From the human T2T-CHM13v2.0 reference genome, Homo sapiens: a stretch of 64,000 bases of DNA. Location: assembly GCF_009914755.1 (NCBI RefSeq), contig NC_060934.1; one strand, given 5' to 3'. The position numbers were made by a program, and so were the translations under genes. The notes beneath the pieces are model-generated. The model was given only the letters and a program-made list of their open reading frames with translations. It ran no database searches and was not told the DNA's origin. Within the stretch, counting starts at the first letter, position 1. Each line of letters begins with the position of its first letter. Below are positions 16,640 through 33,380 of the stretch, in pieces.

Positions 16640-17164
16640 GTAAGCCTGACTCTAACACAGGTGTCCTCTCGATGGTGGCCAGAATTACACTTCGCGTGGG
16701 TAATCCTGATCCTGGGTGGTTCCTTCGTGCACCCTCCCTGGTGCTTTTCTTATCTCCAGACCAGACACAGCCTTTGTCCGGAGTGGAGAGCTGAGCCCGT
16801 GCCCTTAAACTATTTTTTAATCATGTAATGAAGATACTTTAAAGAAGATGATATTTTCTGTTTAATGTTAAAACTGTCAATGAAAGTCATGGTTCCTCTC
16901 TCTGTAACTGACAATCTTCTATAAATTAACTCATTTAATTACTGCACAAAGCTGACTCAGGTATATTTACCGCGCTTGTGTGGATTTACTTTAGCATTAG
17001 CATTCAAGGGAGGACTCTCTTGAAAAGAGAACTGAAATTGCAATGAGTAAATTAACATTCTGTTAGAAAAATCATTGTTTTGTCTCTCCCTCCCCCACGT
17101 CCCTGCCCGGCCCCGCTCTGATAAATCTTCTCTTCATCTTAAATCCTCTTGCTTTGCTCTGTAG

Positions 17165-17242
17165 GAACCTGTATATGCTTCTACTTACTATCATGCTATT
17201 CCTGCTGCCCATAAATACCTGTCTTTTGTGTCGACTAATCGG
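17165..17242 (+). pseudogene. 78-nt symmetric cassette exon EPVYASTYYHAIPAAHKYLSFVSTNR (SVIL alternative exon)
   Basis: long pyrimidine tract ...ctctgtag|GAACCT...CGG|gtgagg; phase 0-0, open frame. Confidence 0.75.
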
Positions 17243-17356
17243 GTGAGGAAAAGCCGCTCATCTTAAGCCTCACTGCAATTTCTGAGCCGCAGGGGAGGAG
17301 CTTCTGTTTAATTTGGGGCAATAATTTCTTTGCTACATTTCACTGTGAAAGAGGAC

Positions 17357-17700
17357 TGTGTGTGTTTCAGTACGATTGCGTGTGTCCATGAGATTGTGTA
17401 TCTATAAGAGAATGTCTGTGTGTACCATTGACAGTGTGTGTTTGTGAAAGTGTATCTATGAGTGTATGTGTCTGTATGAGTGTGTGTGTCTATGAAAGTG
17501 TGTGTATCTATAAGTGTGTTTCTGAGTGTGTCTGTGAGAGTATATCTGTATGAGTGTGTCTGTGTCTATGAGAGTGTGTCCATGAGACTGTGTGTGTATC
17601 TATGAGTGTGTGTGCTGAGTGTGCATCTATGAGAGCGTGTCTGTGTGTGTGTGTCTATGAGAGTGTGTGTGTGTCTTTAAGTGTGTGCCTATGTGTGTTT
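17357..17700. repeat. Degenerate (TG)n / TGTCTATGAG low-complexity repeat
   Basis: TG-rich tract with recurring ctatgagagtgtg. Confidence 0.85.
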
Positions 17701-18299
17701 AATTGGTTCTTCATATATTTAGGGTCAGTCACACACACACTGATCCTTGGCTCAGATTTTCAGGTGGACTTGATGGCATTAATTCACCTCATAGTCATGA
17801 AACTGGTTTAAGAGGAGAGTGTCCCCTTTCAGCCTCCAAGCCTGGATCCTGAGTCAGGAGCCCAGGAGATGCGTCCGTGTTCTTTGCTCCGGCTCAGTGA
17901 GGATGTTGTCCTGCTCAGTTCATAGAGGAGGAGGATATGGTGGAGGCAGTTTGGGGTGTGGAGGGACAGGGAGGAAGACTCAGAGAGGGGAGGCCCCTCC
18001 AGTGACCCTATTAAAGAACCAGGGGGAGCTGGTTCCAATGGCCCTATTAAAGCAAGAGACCATGAACCCCCTCACCCTTCCCTCCATCCTCGCTGTACTC
18101 GCTCTGGAAGGGAGACCTTGGACTCCCACCCTGGAAGGGAGACCTTGCCTGGACTGAGCCACTCCGTAGGTGAATAACATGAAAAATATTAACAGTTGTT
18201 TTTTTATTTCCCCGTGGAATGTCCTTGGTGTCAAAACAGCTCTGCTTTTCCATCAATGCCAGGTTCCCATCTCCTCTCTGTAGGGCTTTGCCCCATCAC

Positions 18300-18782
18300 T
18301 TCCCTCTAGGGCCTCTGTCCCCTCCCTCATAGGGCCTCTGTCCCCTCCCTCTAGGGCCTCTGTCCCCTCCCACTAGGACCTCTGTCCCCTCCCACTAGGG
18401 CCTCTGTCCCCTCCCTCTAGGGCCTCTGTCCACTCCTACTAGGACCTCTGTCCCCTCCCACTAGGGCCTCTGTCCCCTCCCTCATAGGGCCTCTGTCCCC
18501 TCCCACTAGGGCCTCTGTCCCCTCCCACTAAGGCCTCTGTCCCCTCCCTCTAGGGCCTCTGTCCACTCCTACTAGGGCCTCTGTCCCCTCCCTCGTAGGG
18601 TCTCTGTCCCCTCCCTCTTAGGCCCTCTGTCCCCTCCCTCTTAGGGTCTCTGTCCCCTCCCTCTTAGGCCCTCTGTCCCCTCCCTCGTAGGGCCTCTGTC
18701 CCCTCCCACTAAGACCTCTGTCCCCTCCCTCTAGGGCCTCTGTCCCCTCCCACTAGGGCCTCTGTCCCCTCCCTCTAGGGCC
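18300..18782. repeat. Minisatellite/VNTR, 22-23-bp unit TAGGGCCTCTGTCCCCTCCC(TC/AC), about 21 copies
   Basis: direct reading of the tandem units. Confidence 0.95.
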
Positions 18783-19214
18783 TTGCCTCCCCAGCAGGAC
18801 TGGGGCTTTCTTAGCTGTCAGGTGGCCTCTGACAGTGCCGTGATGGGCCTGCTCCAGCAGCACCAGCAGTTATTGAATGAGTGGCTCAGGGTTTCACATG
18901 CGAAGCTGACAGGGAAGGTGTCTGGGGTCCTCCCGTAGTCATCTCGCCTCTTCACAGATGGAAACTCCCCACTTCTTCTCCCTGGGGCGGCCTTTCCCTC
19001 ACTCTCCTGGTTCCTTCCCCCGAAGCTGGAAATGCTGGTTTTAAGAGCCCAGGCCCCACGTACCCAGCCAGTGTCCACCCCAAGAAAGGGGCTGAAATGT
19101 GGAGCAAACTTCCTATTCCATCACGAACGGGGGAAATGAGCTTGTGTTTCTTTGAAATAAGCCAATATTAAACTTTAAAGGAAAAGATATATTACTGAAG
19201 TCTTTAAGTGTATA

Positions 19215-19531
19215 CAGTCGGCCCTTCATCTCTTCCAGTTCCGCATCCAAGGATTCAACCAACTAGGGATACTTGGGAATAAAACCAATAAGAAAGAACA
19301 ATACAACAGTTAAAAAATTAAAAACCAATACAGCAGAACAACTATTTACATAACATTACCTTGTATTAGGTATTATAAGTCATCACGAAATGATTTAAAG
19401 TACACAGCGGGGATGTGCACAGGCTGTGTGCAAATCCTACCCCATTTTATTTCAGGGACTTGAGCATCTGTGGATTTTGGTATCTGTAGGAGGTCCTTGA
19501 ACCAGTCCCCCATAGAAGCTGAGGGACAACT
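19215..19531 (-). mobile_element. MER2-like (TcMar-Tigger) DNA transposon relic
   Basis: CAGTCGGCCC start, ...GGGACTTGAGCATCTGTGGATTTTGGTATC...GAGGGACAACT end. Confidence 0.8.
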
Positions 19532-19539
19532 AGATATAT

Positions 19540-21780
<2,241 letters not shown>

Positions 21781-22792
21781 TAAGTTTAAGAGAAAATAAC
21801 ATTTGCCAAAGACATTTATGTTTCATCACTTCAAAATTAAAATTTCAAAAAATTCTATATTTTTACTTCTGACCAGTTTTTCCCAGCTGAATGTAAATAT
21901 TTTATATACTAAGTATGTAGCACTAGCTCATCTGTGTTCTCAGAGGTCAAGTCACTCCTTTTCTTTCCTCCAGCAGTACTGGTGTCTTCATACTTAATAA
22001 TACAGAGGTTCAGAGAAGAAAAGAGAGCATTTAAACAGCACACAGGCTCTGTCTAAATGGACTGTTTGTCTCTGTGTCAGGCTTCAGCCTGAATTCCTTT
22101 CTCTCATGCTTCAGGGCTGTACCAGAAGAAGATTTCACTTTATTCCCTTCTTTTCATCTTAGGAGCTGGTAGATGGTGACAGGACTGGAAAACAATTACT
22201 TCAAGGTCTGAGCCTAGACCCGTGATCTTCATCTCTTTTTCAGGCTATTTGAGGCTGCATGCAGTGACAAGGGACTGAAATTTCTCTTAAGGAAGGGGCA
22301 AAGCTAAATTTCTTTCACAGTGTGTAGAAATCGAAATGATGCTAGCGTTTTTGAAAACTGAAAAGTACAACTTTATTACTTTGACCTTTTTTCTATTGCT
22401 TAATACGTGCTCTTATAATTTCTTCCTTTATAGTTTAGTTTAACTAGATGTGAATAAGATAAAAATTTAAAAGCCAGATCACAGTATTTTCTTCCCATGA
22501 AGCTCTCCGGTTGTGGAGGAGTTTTACCCTTAAATCTACCCTAATCCTTATAATACGACTTAGTTGTGCTCTCTCTTGTTGGATCACATCCCTGTGTGAG
22601 AAACATTAAGTGAGATTTGCTATGATTTCTCAGTCGATGTATAAAGACAGAAGCAAACCCATCAGCAACATCATGCAACCTAAAAACATTCATGTTAATT
22701 CATTCTTTGCATAGTTTCCAGCTGTGACTTACCAAGTCTCTGACCATCTTTAAAAGAAGACCGTCCTTTCTACCTGTTTCACTACCTTCTAT

Positions 22793-22832
22793 ACACACAC
22801 ACACACACACACACATGTGCATACACATACAC
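22793..22832. repeat. (CA)n microsatellite
   Basis: direct reading. Confidence 0.85.
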
Positions 22833-24816
22833 AAATACTCATTTTCTCCTCCACCCTCTCCCTCTGCCTCTCCCCACCACATTCATGGGATCTATCTTTG
22901 AAAGAATAAAGGACAGATGGGGTAGAGGTTTCTGTTCAGATTCTTCTCCAATTCTCTCTTACGATTCCAGTCAACACTCAACTTGTATCGGCTAAACCTG
23001 GGAAATGCTACAGTACTTATTAATGTACATATGTCCTTCTCTAAACAAGGAAAGAAAAAATTAAAAGGAAAAAACAAGACAATAATGAAGAAGCTGAGAA
23101 AAAGCAAACGGACAAAGATATCCATCTTCTTTGTTTTCACACTTTGAGTTCAAAATAGAAGAGCAACTTGTGATAGATTTTTGTTAAATTCTTTGGAGTA
23201 TAAACAGCCTATATATTATTTACCTCCTTATAGAGCCATGTAAAGTCAGATAGCAGGAATTGGGGAGCCATAAGCCAACCCTACTAAGTAGCAATGTTAA
23301 GTAGAAATTTTTAGAGAAGCAAAAACGTTTATGTTTAATATTATCATTTAGCAGAGATTACAAATTATTTGTTCTTGACCTAGATCTGGCAAAGAAATGG
23401 AAGCTTTAAATTCTAAGAAGGTCATATTGTCCCAGGGTTCATATCCATCATGTGCATGAAGGGCTCTGGGGGAATCCCAGTGCTTTGAAAAACAAAATTG
23501 TTGACTCAAGGCCACCATCTTTCTGAGTCACCATCCACACCCACTACCCCACCCCGGACTGTCGAGATGCCTGAGATAATTCACCGCAGAGTTGACTAAG
23601 TGAATAGTGAGTCACCATAGTGATGGCTGGACCTTTGGAGACGCCAACTTTCTTGGCACTTGATGTGTTTCTTGGAAATATTTGAACCCAAGTGCCATCT
23701 TGGTTTGATTAAAATTCACTCCTGAAACTTCATTTTCAAAGAAAACATATTCTCTTTGTTGAATTTTGATGAGGTCTTTTGGGCAAGTGAACCTCATCGT
23801 TTATTTAAAAAGGATACGTGATTCAGAGAGTTACTTGGAATTAGGAGCTTCTCGCCAATCATAAGCAGAAAAGTTAGGGTTTTAAAAAAATCAGTAAATC
23901 TTAATTTTGATAAAATGTTAAACTTATAGAAAAATTTCCATTATAGGCAGAGCACTTTCGTACCCTTTACCAGAACCACTCATTGTTGACATTGGCCCCC
24001 CTCCTTCACTCTCGCTCCCTTCCTCCCTCCACTCCTCACCCCACTTTCTTGCCTTCTCTTCCCCCATCTCATTTTTCCCACCCCAACCATGTGCCAGTAG
24101 TTTGGAAACATTGTGCTCCTCTACCTTTCAATATTTGACTTTATTTCCTAAAGTCAAAGATATTTCCTCGCATAACCACAATATGGTGGCCAAGAGGAGG
24201 AAGTTAATGTTGATACAATATTTATCTGATCCACGTCCATCTTAAAATTGTCAGTTTCCTCCAATAATGCCCTTTGTAGCCCCCACCCCATCTAGGATTC
24301 AAGCCAGGATCATGCATTGAGTTTGGTTGTCATGTCTCTTTAGGAAAAGGTTTTTAACCTAATTTAAGTTGGCAGGGACCTCGAAATCACTTCTGGCTAT
24401 GAGGGCTTTATAGAAGAATCCTGTGAAAGAAAGATTCATCATTTAGATGATGGAGAAGTCCACGTTCATAGCTTAAACCAAATCTTCCCAGTGCAGACCT
24501 GGTTTTGTGCTGCTGGAAAGGAAAGGAAGGCGCCTTTCCTCTGTCAACCCCCATTATTCCAGGGCATTAAGAAAATGAACTGCCCCCATCTCCACTCTCT
24601 GCCTGTCCCTCCTGAATTAGGAACTTCTCTCTCGTGGGTTGGTTAAGGGAAGTGGTTTGCCGCAGTGAGGAGGAGAGGCATCAGGGAAGAGAATCTCTAC
24701 GATGGGCTTCACTCGGGGCTCTCCGAGTCCCCCCCTGTGTCAGCACGAGGCCTTAGGATCACATTGATCCACGGTGACTTCTTAGCCAAGGAAAACGCCC
24801 TAGGAAGGCAGAAAAG

Positions 24817-24956
24817 CTGGGGGACCTGCCAGAAGCAGTTGAGTAGTGCTCAGAAGTAGTTTGAAAGCGGATGCACTAGCAGCAATCTGGGGGACCTGCT
24901 AGAAGAAGGTGTGGAGTGCTCAGATGTAGTTTGAAAGCAGATGCACTAGCAGCAAT
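24817..24956. repeat. 70-bp tandem duplication (2 copies)
   Basis: CTGGGGGACCTGC...GATGCACTAGCAGCAAT at 24817 and 24887. Confidence 0.9.
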
Positions 24957-26171
24957 GGCCTTCCTCAGATCCAAAAGACAGGGGAAAGCGAGAGGCCAAA
25001 GTTAGGAGGCTATCGCCGGCCCCCAGACCCCCTTCCAGAGGAGACCTGCAGGTGACGGCCAGGGACATGCCTTCTGCTCTGGAGGGGTCACCTTTGCACT
25101 CTTCCTTCCTTGGCATTAGCTCCACACCTCCTGTGCTTCTCCCCCGCTCCCCACCCAGCCCAGTGCCTCGCCATAGACAGGGGTCTTGTGGTGCAGGGAG
25201 GGATGGCTTGAAGACAGAGGAAAAACAAACTCTGCCGGCCAGCGTTTGAGGATCTCCTGCCCTGGTATTGCCCGCGACCGCCAACTACACTCTTCTCCCC
25301 AATACACATCACTCAGTGGCGTGAGTCCTGTCCTCTGCCTCCATCGCTGCTCCTCTCCCTCCCTCCTCAGTCCCATCTCCTCATCCTAGGCCTGTCCTGA
25401 GCCCCTCCTCCTTTCCTGATACCCTTTGAGTCCCCTGTAGCTTCTTCCCCTTCCCCTCCTGCCACATCCCCAACCACAAGCTTAATGAGCATCACCAATG
25501 GCTTGGAAATGGAAGAAGCAGATCTCTCCAGAAATTTTCCAATTAGAAACTGCTGAGAGCATTTTACGTAGAAATGTTACCGTGCATGTAGGTTTTGTCT
25601 ACAGCATAGTTCACCCTCAACATCAGATGTCTCACAGTTTAAAGCCACTTCTGTGGGCTCTCCTGGTTGTCTACCTGCCCGCAGAACATCAGTGGCTGCA
25701 GGAAAAACCAAGCAGAGTGCCAGAAAACCTCCTGCCCCTTATTCCTAACCAGCCTTCCCTGTCTCTAACTGGGCAAGTTCCTCGTGTGCTCACATGGATA
25801 AAGTTTTCTAGATCAATCATGTTCTTTGTGAGTATATAGGGATAAAAATCTCCCAGTTAACTGAGTTTAACTAGATGGGTTAAGACAGAGAAACTTTAAA
25901 ACCCTGTAGAGTCCAGGGCATGAAAACAATCTATTTTTAATTGTTTGTGTTTACAAAGAATTGTTCTGGTGCTCCAGTGCCCCAAACCGGTAAGTCACAG
26001 GACAGAGGCGTTCATCTAAAGTTACAGCATCACCAATGGTGATCTCCCACCCAACCTGCACGTAAGGAAGCTGAGCCCATTTCAGATAGAACATTTTTGA
26101 ACATCTTTGGACAATATACTTACTCCTCTTTGTCTACCTGCTTTTTTCACGCATGAAATGCTGCAGGCTGA

Positions 26172-26432
<261 letters not shown>

Positions 26433-26506
26433 TGAGCACACTCACCCATGGAGGGCATGGTGGTACACGATAGCTCAATTTAAAAGAAGAAACCATGGTC
26501 TCTTTA

Positions 26507-26805
<299 letters not shown>

Positions 26806-29800
26806 CTTTCTTTAAAAAGTTTTAAACTTACTGACATTCTGTACATGTTTTTTGGGTAGGTTCTGTGAGATAGTCCTACTGAATATCTTTTTGTCATAAA
26901 TAGTGTCATCTTCAAATGCATAATTTAATTTGTCACTATTTCAAAACTTACCCCTTTAGAATTGAATGCAATTGTAGGTTTCAAAAGCAATTCAGGTCTG
27001 CTAGCAAATCTTGGTCCTTTCCCATAATTACTTTTAAATCGTTTCCATTTTCTTGTGACCTGGCAACCACTTACCCCAAGTCAGCCTTTCACAATAGAGA
27101 AGTTTGTCTCCTCTTCCTTTTATATTAATTCCTGGGTCCTTCTCCATCAAACCTGATTTCTCTGACTGACCAAAGTCAATCCTGGATATGCTTTAATAGA
27201 TGTCTAAAATATGTCCTCAGTTCCAAGGCAGTGGGATGTCTCTGGGGCAGTCCATTCTTTGCTGCTGAGCTCTTGGAACTGATTTGTTGTCTGTATTCAA
27301 ACATTTATGAAATTGACTTACATATGAAATACTTAGTAAAGTCACCTGAGAGCTTTAAGTCTTCATAGGAGTGTTTGGGGCTTTGTTTCATGTCCTGCAG
27401 GAAATCGTTAAAATTTGGGGTCCCTTTGTCACCTATATGCACATACCATCATTTTCTAAGCTATTATTTAAAAGCAGATTTCCCAACTTAGTGGTAAACA
27501 TTTTCACATTCACTTTGTCTTAACATCTTGTCATCAACTTTATAGGCTTAGCTTTCCTTTTTCTCAGAACCTTTAGGGGTCCATGCTTTCATGAATAGTA
27601 CCTAATTCATTATAGGTACATAATAAATGTTTGCAGAAGGAAAGGAGGGGAAATCCCTGAATTGTAAATAACTCAAATCTTAGTGGGGAATCCCTTCCAA
27701 TACATCTCTTCAGTCTCATCTTGGAATTGTGAAAAGATGAGAGAAGATAATTTACTCTTACAGTAAATTATTTGCCAATTTTCTGCATCAGATCACACAA
27801 CTGGACACTCATGTTTAAACTCCTTTAACGTGAGCCCCAACCCTTCTTTAACAGAAGCACGTCGTTAGGTGCAGGGTGACTAAGTAGAACTGGAACTGAG
27901 AACCTGAACCAGACCTCAGGTTTTCCAACTTCTAGCCCAGACTTTCATCTTGATGACTTTCTGCTTTGGTTTCTTTTTTCCTCTTCCATCTTAAAAATCT
28001 GAATTTATTTGTAAGTGGGTTCTTACTACCAAATGCCACTGCCCTTGTCCACATTGACATCAGAGGATATAGATTTGCTCTTATTCAGGTTTGTGGAAGC
28101 AACAGTTCCCATTTCTCGGTGGATGAGTTCGCTTTCATATTTTCCTGAATATATCAGGGATCTTTATTTAACAGGTGTTATATGGCTCACTGAGGAAATT
28201 ATCTTCTTATACTTTATAATTAATGAAAAAACTGTCTCTTCTGTTTCTAATATTTGCCATCACCTCCTGGGTTATATGTTTCACTTGAGTCATTAGCTCT
28301 TTTTGATTTGCAGTGATATGGTAACCGATTAACATTCACTGCAGAATAAAATAACCCCCTGCACAACAGCCTGGGGTCCTATCTCCCAGAAACATCAGGC
28401 CACCAGGAGTGACCACCTCTCAGCGCGTTGCCAGGAGGCATCTGGGACCTGACCTTCATTCTCTTACCCCAGAAACCTCTCTTCTCCCGCTAGCCACGTT
28501 AGGACTTTCTCCCTTTTTTATATTCCTTGATTCTGTGTAACGGTTAGCACTCCACAAGGTTCTCGTGGTATTCTAGGATTCTCCTGGAAGCCAAGTACTC
28601 CAACCACACCTGGAGTAAGAGAGACGTGAAAATGTTCCCGAAGACAGTAGGTGACTGGTTGCTGTACCTAGAATTCATTGAAAAGAGCTATGGTGGGATC
28701 TTTGTTTTGTCTTAACATTTTGTAATCTGCATCTCCATGCCCTGAGCCATTCATTGCCTAAAGATCCTTATCTCTAGCTGGGAGAAGAGCTCTTTTGGAT
28801 AGTGCCGCTGCCTGAACCGCCAGCAGGGGGAGCCATGGCAGCGGATTTGCCCGGCACCGGCCAAGATAGGGATGGATTTCTCCGGTTGCTTTGGAAACCA
28901 GCCTTCAGAGCCAGTCCTGTTTATTAGCTGCGGAGTTAACGGCCTCTTTGCTAATGAACTCCTCTGATGTCTCTTAAGCATCCTTCTAGTGAATGATGAT
29001 TTCCCTCCCCACCCTGTGATACCAGATTTTATTTATCTTTAAATCTTTCAAGAAAGTTTAATTTCTCATGGATATAAACCCTTTGCAGTTCTGGCAATTG
29101 AAACAACTTTTAAAACTTTTAATGACATCATCAATCAAACATATATAAAATGAGAAGTACTTCTAGGATATTACCTAAAACTTGAGTTTTAAACCATTTA
29201 ATTGTATTTTTATTAAATTTTTTATGCTATAATACTTCTCCCGTTCACAGGAGGAAGGGGCAGAATCATTCATTCATTTGGTTTTCCTTGTGATAGTGAT
29301 TTGCATATCCTGTCGATGTTGTTCGTCCAGGGTTGCATTGTCATCTAAGTGGCAATGTCATCTAAGGATTTCACATTTATTACAAATGAGTACAGAGAAC
29401 ATTCACATCTCATTTTGGTTTTTTGTAAATGCACTAATTAGTTTTCTTTCCAATGCCTTCCACTTAGGTTAGGGAAGCAATACTCATCCTTCTCTTTACT
29501 AAGTTTTCTTCTTCTAGCTGGATACTTTCTCCATGCAGGAATTCCTCCCTTTCCCTTTCATGTGTCTCTCACCACTTTCCCTTTTAAAGATTCCCCACCC
29601 TGCTTCTCGGTAAATATACGAGGAAAAGCATTTCCTGTTTCTGCCCACACGGGAGATGGACTGGACCTTCCAAAACTTGTAGTCGGTACAGACCTGCCCT
29701 GCTCTGTGGTTTCTTCTGAAAGGTTGACCCTCCTTGGGTTACTGTCTGTGTCAATTCCCCAAGGCCACTGTCCCTCCCTCCCCTCAGCCTGGAGGAGAGC

Positions 29801-30206
29801 TCCAGTGTGGGGGGCCACTTGCTGGCAAGTGTGACACAGTTCATTCTGCAGATGGCACCAATGCACTCTCAGCTGCCCCCACCATCTCCAAAGGGCCTCA
29901 GAACTCACAGCTGCATTTGCTCAAGTCTACGTGTCATGGATATGTTTTCCCACATCTCCACCGTTCATTTTGGATTATCAGCTCGTCAGCCACTACAGTC
30001 CTTGGAAATAATAAAATCCTGTCTACATCTGCAGTTGGTTGTCCCACAGTCGTGGTACGTGTGAAATGTGTGTGTGTGTGCCTGCATGTGTGTAAATTCT
30101 TATATGTTGTGCCGTCTACCCTGGGACTCCTGGAGATCGGTCAGCGTCCCAGGGATTTCCAGAAGTGACCCTGAGATGCTCAGTAGCTCGTCTGTGTGTT
30201 CCACAG

Positions 30207-30296
30207 GTTTGGCGTCACCTACTGCCATAACCCCAGTAGCCTCAGCCATTTGCGGTAAAACAAGAGGCACCACACCCGTTTCCAAACCCCTGGAAG
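30207..30296 (+). pseudogene. SVIL pseudo-exon [30 protein letters not shown]
   Basis: ccacag|GTTTG...GGAAG|gtaag. Confidence 0.92.
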
Positions 30297-30300
30297 GTAA

Positions 30301-30747
<447 letters not shown>

Positions 30748-31207
30748 TGAACTAAGTGATTTTGCTTATAACTCTGAAAGCAGATTATTATACATCAGCA
30801 AATCAACATGATCTTGGGCCTGGTGAACTTTAAATTGTATGTTATCAGTTTCCAATAAGGTAAAAGCTGACATTATTTCTTATAATCACAAACGATTTCT
30901 AAAGTAAAATTATGGCAAATGAATGTTGAACTAAATATTTCAATATACAAGTCAAAGAAATATGCAAAATAAAAGAGCAATATGCAGAAATTGCCTTTTA
31001 TCTCTTGATTAAAATGTCCAATCCGGGAAACTTATCAAATACTAGGCACTGGGAGCCCCTACTATTGACAGTGACCACTAAAAGGTTAAAAATAATACAA
31101 CCAACACTGAACAGAAATATAAAAGTATAATATAATCACTAAACTAGCTAAGCAGGGAATGCCAATCAGCAAAGCATTTATTACAAATGTGGAACAGTGA
31201 TCTAGCC

Positions 31208-31757
31208 TGTGGGTTAGCAAGCGATGGCCACTGCCAAATCCAGCTGCCCACCTGCTTTGGTTTTTTGTTGTTGTTTGTTTTTTAGAGACAGTGTCTTGCT
31301 CTGTCACCCAGGCTAGACTGCAGTGGTGCCATCATAGCTCACTGCAGCCTTGAACTCCTGGGCTCAAGCAATCCTCCCACCTCAGCCTCCTGAGTAGCTC
31401 CAACTATGGGTGTTCACCCCTAAGCCTGGCTAATTTTTTTTCTTTTTCTGTTTTTGGAGAGATGGGGTCCCACTATGTTGCTTAGGCTGGTCTTGAATTC
31501 CTGGGCTCAAGCGATCCTCCAGCCTCAGCCTCCCAAAGTGGTGAGATTATAAGCGTGAGCCACCATGCCCAGCTCTGTTTTTGTAAATAAAGTTTTACTG
31601 AAACACATCCATGCCTATTTGTGAACTATTGTCAATAGCTTTTGCATTACGACAGCAGAACCGAGTTGTTGTAACACGGGCCCCATGTCACCCCTCCCCA
31701 TGCAAAGCCTAAAATGTTTACTGGCTGGCCCTTTTCCGAAGAAGTTTGCCAGCCCTT
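31208..31757 (+). mobile_element. MER58A-like hAT relic split by a reverse Alu (about 31258-31574)
   Basis: GCCAAATCCAGCTGCCCACCTG...TTTTTGTAAATAAAGTTTTACTGAAACAC...GCAAAGCCTAAAATGTTTACT...AAGTTTGCCAGCCC. Confidence 0.8.
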
Positions 31758-31764
31758 CATGTAG

Positions 31765-32220
<456 letters not shown>

Positions 32221-32789
32221 TGAGTTATTTGGGTCTCCGTCTTTCCTCCACTGAGAAGGGCTTCCTTCGCCTGCAGAGGGCACATCCATGAGGCTCTTCC
32301 CCCAGTGTGGCCTCCTTCTCTTTCTAACTCCATCACAGCCGCGTTAGTATTCTAGAGCCAGGGCACCGTGTTGCAGGAGCCAGGGGCACGGAGCCTCGCA
32401 GCAGATAAAACATGCAGACGGCAGACCAGATGTGCATGCAGGCAGACCGCGTGGGCCACAGATGCTTGTCCTGTGCCATAAAGAGTCAATGAATTTTTCA
32501 CATAATTTGAATACCGTTTTGCAGTTTTTATGTTTATATCACTTAGCAGAGAGTTCAACACCTGTCTTTCATTTGACATATTTCTTACTCATAACTTTGC
32601 AAAATATTTGGATGAGATGGGCTCAAATTAGTACAGCTCACTAGAAAATCAGTAAGGCATGTTACTTAGCTTCCAATCATTTACAAAATCAATAGATCTG
32701 CGGGTTTTCTCAGTGATGACTAAGGGTTTCTCTTCCCACGGGATCATGACTAAACCAACTAGGAAAAGCGATAATGGTATTAGGATCCC

Positions 32790-33380
32790 GTCAATTTCAA
32801 GTGCCAGAAAACCATCCCAGTTCAAACCGACTTCAGCCAAAAAGAAAAATGAGAGGGGTTTACTGGCTCACTTGCCGAACAGTGCGGGGGCAGGTTTCCG
32901 GGCTCATTCGCTGGAAAGTGCTGGGGGGCAGGTTTCCGGCTCATTCGCTGAAAAGTGAGGCGGGGTTTACTAGCTCACTCGCTGAAAAGTACGGAAGTGG
33001 CCTCGGGTTCTAAAAGCCCCTCAGAACACAGTCTGTCTTGGCTGTTTTCCTTGGCCTCACTCTCCGTTAGGCAGTGGCCTGGCGGCAGATGGACACCCCA
33101 CCTCTGGAATCACAAGGCTGCCTCCCTGGCCAGCCCAGCACGGGTAGCTTCTCTTCCCAGTAGTCCCAGCAGAAGTTCCAGGTTTGATTTTCTTGGCTTC
33201 AACTTGAGCCCGTGTCCATCCCCAAACCAGTCACTGTGGCCAATGGGATAGAAGATGCTGACTGGGTAAAGGCGGGTGTCTGGGTCTCCTCTAGAGCCAC
33301 GGTGGGGGTGCAGGGAGGTGGTTTCCCCGAAGGAAAATCCAGATGCTATTACCAGAAGCAGAGGGAGACACGCTAGACAG
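32790..33380 (+). mobile_element. MaLR (MLT1-type) LTR relic with internal short tandem duplications
   Basis: MLT1-like motifs (tttactggctcac; ccagtcactgtggcc...gatgctgactgg); strand and subfamily tentative. Confidence 0.5.

Noticed and set aside
18300-18782. CRISPR-like or telomere-like array
   Set aside because: Contiguous units with no unique spacers; TAGGG occurs once per 22-bp unit and not as (TTAGGG)n.
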